Assembly (NCBI GenBank): GCA_947628835.1
Contig: CANRBL010000003.1
Location: 196-64,195 of the forward strand
DNA from: an uncultured Clostridia bacterium
GTDB taxonomy: Bacteria; Bacillota; Clostridia; TANB77; CAG-508
DNA: 64,000 nucleotides
Direction of reading: 5' to 3'
The notes below the pieces were generated by a model. It saw only the letters and a list, made by a program, of their open reading frames with translations. It made no database searches and was not told the DNA's origin. The position numbers were made by a program, and so were the translations under genes. Below, one piece after another: positions 58,218-64,000 of the stretch. The first letter of the stretch is position 1. Each line of letters starts with the position of its first letter.

Positions 58218-58694
58218 ATGGAAGAAAAAGAAGTACTATTAACACAAGAAGGGTTTAATAATTTAGAAAAAGAGTTAGAATATCTAAAGACAGAAAAGAG
58301 AGGAGAAATAGCTGAAAGAATAAAAATTGCTTTAGGATTTGGAGATTTATCTGAAAATTCTGAATATGATGAGGCAAAAAATGCACAAGCAGAGAATGAA
58401 GCAAAGATAGCGGAATTAGAAAATAAAGTAAGATATGCGAAAATTATTGATGAATCTGAAATAGATACAAAAACTGTTCAAGTAGGTAATTCAGTAAAGG
58501 TATATGATGAAGAATTTGATGAAGAAGTAGTGTATACTATTGTAGGGTCTACTGAAGTAAATTTAGTAGAAAATAAAATTTCCAATGAATCACCACTAGG
58601 TAAAGCATTAATAGGAGCTAAAAAGGGAGCTGTAATTGAAGTAGAAGCACCTGGAGGAGTGTCAAAATACAAAATATTATCAATAAAAAAATAA
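58218..58694 (+). CDS. greA: Transcription elongation factor GreA
   Basis: [17 protein letters not shown]...[29 protein letters not shown]...[12 protein letters not shown]. Confidence 0.9.
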   Translation: MEEKEVLLTQEGFNNLEKELEYLKTEKRGEIAERIKIALGFGDLSENSEYDEAKNAQAENEAKIAELENKVRYAKIIDESEIDTKTVQVGNSVKVYDEEFDEEVVYTIVGSTEVNLVENKISNESPLGKALIGAKKGAVIEVEAPGGVSKYKILSIKK

Positions 58695-58765
58695 TAATAT
58701 AATAGAATTTTTTTTTAGTTACTACATATAATTTAACTACTTAAGTGTTGTAGGAGGATATAAAT

Positions 58766-59002
58766 ATGGGAGATAAAGGACTGGATTTTAGGCATAAAGA
58801 AGTAGTTAATATAAATGATGGTAAAAGATTAGGCTATGTACAAGATGTATGTGCTGATTTGGAAAGTGGAACAATAACATCTATAATAGTTCCAGGAGGA
58901 AATAATAAGTTACTTAGTATTTTTGCTTCTAATAATGATATTGTTATTCCATGGCAAAATATAAAATGTATAGGTGATGATATTATTTTAGTAGAAATAT
59001 AA
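58766..59002 (+). CDS. ylmC: YlmC/YmxH family PRC-barrel sporulation protein
   Basis: 78 aa. EVVNINDGKRLGYVQDVCADLESGTITSIIVPG...IPWQNIKCIGDDIILV. Confidence 0.7.
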   Translation: MGDKGLDFRHKEVVNINDGKRLGYVQDVCADLESGTITSIIVPGGNNKLLSIFASNNDIVIPWQNIKCIGDDIILVEI

Positions 59003-59111
59003 ATTACATTCATACATATAAATAAAAAAATTCATAAAAAATATTGTCAAAAAGCGATTTTAGTGATATAGTATCACTGTTAAAAAATAAACATTTAAGG
59101 AGAAGATACGA

Positions 59112-61877
59112 ATGAGTGTATTGAACAAAATTTTTAAATCTTATAGTGAAAAAGAAGTAAAGAGAATAATGCCAATTGTTGAAAAAATAAATGGGCTAGA
59201 AGGAGAAATGTCAAAATTAAGCGATGAACAATTAAGAGGTAAAACGGAATATTTCAAAAAAGAATTAGAAAATGGAAAAACTTTAGATGATATTTTACCA
59301 GAGGCATTTGCAGTTGTAAGAGAATCTGCTAAAAGAGTGTTAGGAATGAGGCATTTTGATGTGCAATTAATAGGTGGAATAATTTTACATCAAGGAAGAA
59401 TTGCAGAAATGAAAACAGGAGAAGGAAAAACATTAGTTGCAACATTGCCAGTGTATTTAAATGCACTTACAGGAAAAGGAGTACATGTAATTACAGTTAA
59501 TGATTACTTAGCAAAAAGAGATAGTGAATGGATGGGAAAATTATATAAATTTTTAGGGTTAACAGTAGGATTGGTTATAGCAGGAATGGAACCAGATGCT
59601 AAGCAAAAAGCTTATAACTGTGATGTAACATATGGAACAAATAATGAATTTGGTTTTGATTATTTAAGAGATAATATGGTTATATATAAAAATCAATTAG
59701 TTCAAAGAGGATTACATTATGCAATAGTTGATGAGATAGATAGTATTTTAGTTGATGAAGCAAGAACACCACTTATAATATCAGGTAGAGCAAATGAATC
59801 ATCAGATTTATACAAAAAAGCAAATAGTTTTGTTAGAAAATTAGAGGCTAAAGTTATAGTAGAAGAAGATGTAAAAGATTTTGACCAAGCTGAAGATAAT
59901 GAAAAATATGATTATATAGTAGACTTAAAAGCAAAATCTGCATCATTAACACAAAAAGGTATAGCAAAGGCAGAAGAGGAATTTGGATTAGAAAATTACA
60001 GTGATTTAGAAAATTCAACACTTGTACATCATGTAACACAAGCTTTGCGTGCACATGGTGTAATGAAAAAAGATATAGATTATATAGTAAAAGATGGGCA
60101 AGTATTAATTGTAGATGAATTTACAGGACGTATTATGTATGGTAGAAGATATAATAATGGATTACACCAAGCAATAGAAGCAAAAGAACACGTAAAAATA
60201 GCAGGAGAATCAAAAACGCTTGCAACAATAACATTCCAAAATTTCTTTAGAATGTATGAAAAATTATCAGGAATGACTGGTACAGCTATGACAGAGGCAT
60301 CAGAATTTGAGGAAATATATGGATTAGATGTTGTTGCTATACCAACAAATAAACCAGTAGCAAGAAAAGATGAAAATGATGTAATATATAAAAATGAAGA
60401 TGCAAAATTCAGAGCAATTGTAAAAAGTATAAAAGAAAGTAATGCAAAAGGACAACCAGTATTAGTTGGTACTGTATCAATTGAAAAATCAGAAAAATTA
60501 AGTAAAATACTTAATAAAGAAGGAATAAAACATGAAGTATTAAATGCTAAATATCACGAAAAGGAAGCTGAAATAATAGCACAAGCTGGTAAATTTGGAG
60601 CAGTTACAATTGCAACAAATATGGCAGGACGTGGTACAGATATTATGCTAGGAGGAAATAGTGAATTTTTAGCAAAACAAGAAATGAGAAGAAATAGAGT
60701 ACCAGAAGTATTAATAGAAGAATCAAACACATATTATGAAACTGATGACCAAGATATAATTAGAGCAAGGCAACAATTTAAGGAATTAGAAGAAAAATAT
60801 GAAAATGAAATAAAAGAAGAAAAGAAAAAAGTAGAAGAAGCTGGAGGTCTAAAAATAATAGGAACTGAAAGACACGAGTCAAGAAGAATTGACAATCAGT
60901 TACGTGGACGTAGTGGACGTCAAGGGGATATTGGAGAATCTAAATTTTATATTGGTCTTGATGATGATTTAATGAAAATATTTGGTGGAGAAGTTATTAC
61001 AAAAATGTTCGATAGATTAGGTGCAGATGAAGATATGCCAATAACTGCAAAACCAATATCACATGCAGTTGAAAATGCACAGAAAAAAGTAGAGAGTAGA
61101 AACTTTACAACGAGAAAAAATGTATTAAAATATGATGATGTAATGAATGTACAAAGAGAAGTTATTTATGGTCAAAGAAGACAAGTATTAGATGGAGAAG
61201 ATTTACATGAAAGTATATTAGGAATGATAGATTCAGTTGCAGAGAATGTTGTTTTGTCTTATTATGAACAGGATGAAAAAGGTAAAGCTACTTTAGATGT
61301 AGAGGCATTGACAACAGAAATATTAAATATATTTGCAATTGATATGACAAACTTTATAAAAGATAATACAAACGATTCAGCTAAAGTAATAGAAGAATTG
61401 AAGAAATTGGCACATGAAAAATATATTGAAAAAGAAGGAGAAATAGGAGAAGAAATAAGAGAACTTGAAAGAGTCGTAATGTTAAAAGTTGTTGATCAAA
61501 AATGGATGGATCATATTGATAATATGGAAGAATTAAAAGATGGTATAGGTCTTAGAGCATATGGTCAAAAAGATCCTGTACAACAGTACAGACAAGAAGG
61601 TTCAGAAATGTTTGATGATATGATTGCTGATATACAGACAGATGTAGTAAAAATATTAATGAATATTCGTAAACAAAAAGAGGTAAGAAGAGAAGAAACT
61701 GCTAAAATTACAGGTGCTGCATTACAAGCTATAAATAGTGTAGATAGTGGTAAAACGATTAAAGATACTGAAGCCAATAAGACTGTTATAAATGAAGAGC
61801 CAAAAATAGGAAGAAATGATCCTTGTCCATGTGGTTCGGGCTTGAAGTATAAGAATTGTCATGGAAAGAATGCTTAA
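59112..61877 (+). CDS. secA: Preprotein translocase ATPase SecA
   Basis: [65 protein letters not shown]-terminal zinc motif [14 protein letters not shown]. Confidence 0.95.
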   Translation: MSVLNKIFKSYSEKEVKRIMPIVEKINGLEGEMSKLSDEQLRGKTEYFKKELENGKTLDDILPEAFAVVRESAKRVLGMRHFDVQLIGGIILHQGRIAEMKTGEGKTLVATLPVYLNALTGKGVHVITVNDYLAKRDSEWMGKLYKFLGLTVGLVIAGMEPDAKQKAYNCDVTYGTNNEFGFDYLRDNMVIYKNQLVQRGLHYAIVDEIDSILVDEARTPLIISGRANESSDLYKKANSFVRKLEAKVIVEEDVKDFDQAEDNEKYDYIVDLKAKSASLTQKGIAKAEEEFGLENYSDLENSTLVHHVTQALRAHGVMKKDIDYIVKDGQVLIVDEFTGRIMYGRRYNNGLHQAIEAKEHVKIAGESKTLATITFQNFFRMYEKLSGMTGTAMTEASEFEEIYGLDVVAIPTNKPVARKDENDVIYKNEDAKFRAIVKSIKESNAKGQPVLVGTVSIEKSEKLSKILNKEGIKHEVLNAKYHEKEAEIIAQAGKFGAVTIATNMAGRGTDIMLGGNSEFLAKQEMRRNRVPEVLIEESNTYYETDDQDIIRARQQFKELEEKYENEIKEEKKKVEEAGGLKIIGTERHESRRIDNQLRGRSGRQGDIGESKFYIGLDDDLMKIFGGEVITKMFDRLGADEDMPITAKPISHAVENAQKKVESRNFTTRKNVLKYDDVMNVQREVIYGQRRQVLDGEDLHESILGMIDSVAENVVLSYYEQDEKGKATLDVEALTTEILNIFAIDMTNFIKDNTNDSAKVIEELKKLAHEKYIEKEGEIGEEIRELERVVMLKVVDQKWMDHIDNMEELKDGIGLRAYGQKDPVQQYRQEGSEMFDDMIADIQTDVVKILMNIRKQKEVRREETAKITGAALQAINSVDSGKTIKDTEANKTVINEEPKIGRNDPCPCGSGLKYKNCHGKNA

Positions 61878-62084
61878 ATAATGAATTACAAGATATTTTC
61901 AAAACTTGAAAAATAATGGAAAAATTCAGTTTGTTAGAAAAAATATAATATGCGAACAAAAAGTATTGAAAATAAAGGAATGTAGACATAGTATATATGT
62001 TGACATTCCTTTTTTGCTGTATAAGAATATAAAAAAGATTGTAATATATTGACTATATTGTTATAATAAAAAAGAAAAAGTGGG

Positions 62085-62499
62085 GTGAACAAAGTGAAAG
62101 ATACAATAATATATTTAGTTAGACATGCTGAAACTGTTAAGGAAAATGGCATTAGAAATACAAATGAAAATTCTCAAATGATTAATGAAAAAGAAATCTT
62201 ATCAGTAGAAGGAGAAGAACAAGCAAGAAAGTTAAGTGAAAATAATGAATTGAAAAATTTAGATATTATATGGTCAAAATAAATTTTTTGACAAAATACT
62301 TAAAGAGTATGAAGGAAAAAGAATTGCAGTAATTAGTCATGGAGGTTCAATAAAGTTCTTTTTGTTAAATTGGTGTACGGTAAATGAAAATGTAAAACTT
62401 GTTTATAAAGAAGATACAGTATTAAATATAAAATCACCATGTTTATTAAAATTAACTTTTAGAAAAAATGAATTGATTAATTTAGAACAAATAGATTAA
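62085..62499 (+). pseudogene. Histidine phosphatase (phosphoglycerate mutase family) remnant, internally deleted and frameshifted
   Basis: N-terminal IIYLVRHAET (RHG motif) ORF stops at 62280-62282. The C-terminal part ...KRIAVISHGGSIKFF... continues in another frame from 62284 to stop 62497-62499. The central ~70 aa expected for the family are absent. Confidence 0.55.
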
Positions 62500-62860
62500 T
62501 TGAAAGCCATAAAATGTATGTTTATTATATTTATGTAAAGCATACAATTAAAATAAGAAAGTTTAATCTTTATTACTGGACTATAATTTAGAAATTGTAA
62601 ATAAATTAGAATAATAGAACATTTTATGACCAAGCTTGTTGAAAAAATAAAAAAGTTATATTATTATTATATTAGAAAAAGGAAGTGTATTTTTTGCAAA
62701 AAAAATTTATAGTGCAAACTAGACTTAGCAAAGCTAATTTTATAAAAAGAGAAGATTTGGTATGGTGCCAAAATTTTTAATGAAAAAAAACTTTGGTGTG
62801 TTTTTTTATTTGTTGGAGGTGGCAAGTCTGGAAGTGTTAAAATAGTAAAGGAGAGATTAT

Positions 62861-63391
62861 ATGAACGAAAAAACAATAACTTTTGAACAAATCGAACAAC
62901 GATTAAAAAATAAACCTCAAGAGCAATGGACAAAAGATGATGTATTTGATAGATATGTTGGGTACGGAAGTCCAGAAGAAGTAGAAAATCCAGAAGTGCA
63001 AAAACTTTTTATAAAACATGTTTTTTTTGATGAACTAATTAATTTAGTAAATAATGTTATTACAGATAAAGAAGTTATAGAAAAGATACTTAACAGCAAT
63101 ATATTTGAAAAAAAAGAATTAAAAAAAATAAGAGGGAAAATAAAAGAAATAAAAATTTTTGATATAGAAGATGACAATATTGATGAGCTAAAAGAAGTAT
63201 CAATTATATTTGAGGAAAAAGATACTTCAAAACAGATAAAGATAAAAGATTTTGTTCTTACATCTGATACAGATAACTATTTAAAAGATAGAAAAAAATA
63301 TAATAACACAAATATAACAGCAATTGTTGAAAAAAAAGATGATAATTTAATTTTAAAATGTTTGTGTACGAAAGATAATAGTGAGGATTGA
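62861..63391 (+). CDS. Hypothetical protein (176 aa)
   Basis: ORF with AAAGGAGAG SD. No motif recognised. Confidence 0.45.
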   Translation: MNEKTITFEQIEQRLKNKPQEQWTKDDVFDRYVGYGSPEEVENPEVQKLFIKHVFFDELINLVNNVITDKEVIEKILNSNIFEKKELKKIRGKIKEIKIFDIEDDNIDELKEVSIIFEEKDTSKQIKIKDFVLTSDTDNYLKDRKKYNNTNITAIVEKKDDNLILKCLCTKDNSED

Positions 63392-63397
63392 TAAATA

Positions 63398-64000
63398 ATG
63401 AATTTATATGAAAAATCAGTAAAAATTGATAAAGAGAAAAGAATGTGGTTACATAGAAATAAACATTATGGAGATATAGGATGGAAAGTTTTAGGATTTG
63501 ATAAGAATGATTTTAGTGACAAAAATGGATGCTATATTTCTGTAGGTTGTTGTTCTGGAAAATTAGAATTAGAATCTTTTCAAAAAATTCAAAAATCTGA
63601 AAACAAGAAAAAAATGTTTGAAGATATATATTATAATGAGGTTTCAAGAGAAAAACCAAGAGTTAGGCATTTCTTATATAAATTTTTATTTGAATTTGAA
63701 AAAGGTGATTATATTGTAATTCCAAGTGAATTTTCAAGTACATTTAGTGTCTTTCAAATTGAATCAGATGTATTGGATTATAATAATAATCAAGTAAAAA
63801 GAAGTATAAAAATAGCAGGAGAAAATATTGAAAAAATAATTTCTGAAAAAAGAGATTTTAAATATTTTAGAAAATTAAAACCTATAAGAATAAATATTTC
63901 ACGTAGAGATTATGCTCGTGGAGCATTAAGCTCTGAATTAAAGTTTCAAGGAACAACAAAAGAATTATCAGAAGAAGCAAAAGAAAATTTGATAAATGCA
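63398..64000 (+). CDS. Hypothetical protein, 5' partial (runs off window end)
   Basis: ATG 63398 lies 7 nt after the previous stop. The frame is open for 201 codons to the end of the window. It is absent from the ORF track because no stop is present. Confidence 0.45.
   Translation, partial: MNLYEKSVKIDKEKRMWLHRNKHYGDIGWKVLGFDKNDFSDKNGCYISVGCCSGKLELESFQKIQKSENKKKMFEDIYYNEVSREKPRVRHFLYKFLFEFEKGDYIVIPSEFSSTFSVFQIESDVLDYNNNQVKRSIKIAGENIEKIISEKRDFKYFRKLKPIRINISRRDYARGALSSELKFQGTTKELSEEAKENLINA

Noticed and set aside
62667-62933. Minus-strand ORF of 88 aa in the spacer before gene 62861
   Set aside because: It has no SD and a low-complexity Phe/Leu/Ser-rich composition. It overlaps the SD and start of the better-supported plus-strand gene.

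Overview
Very AT-rich chromosomal segment from an endospore-forming low-GC Firmicute (Clostridia-like). About 55 of 57 credible genes are on the + strand. No rRNA, tRNA or CRISPR array was seen. Core backbone: rpsO-pnp-valS; spoIIAA-spoIIAB-sigF, spoIID and a LytM/SpoIIQ-like gene; asp23-amaP-DUF2273-nusB-xseA-(insert)-xseB; fhs; a yhaO/yhaN-type SbcCD-like pair; addA; mutS; greA; ylmC; secA. Most of the many long minus-strand ORFs in the track are Leu/Phe/Ser-rich antisense shadows of Lys/Glu-rich genes. Main points of interest: (1) a tandem pair of paralogous genes built from about 10 near-identical 36-aa TPR/PPR-like helical repeats with position-restricted variability, one copy frame-broken; (2) a >1000-aa HD-domain protein with a possible ART-like R/S/E module, an internal 441-bp tandem duplication and an in-frame TAA; (3) a 255-bp MITE-like palindromic element in 4 copies or derivatives; (4) a second short interspersed repeat inserted inside the spoIIA and xseAB operons that also supplies SD and start codons; (5) a GC-rich, ORF-poor 650-bp region next to an Rpn-family nuclease gene, holding a compact promoter/38-codon ORF/hairpins/terminator unit and a long inverted-repeat structure; (6) a (CA)9 microsatellite inside a small ORF upstream of an orphan pilin-like gene; (7) several disrupted genes (IS4-like transposase, histidine phosphatase). 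All functional calls rest on motif recognition by eye. No database search was run.
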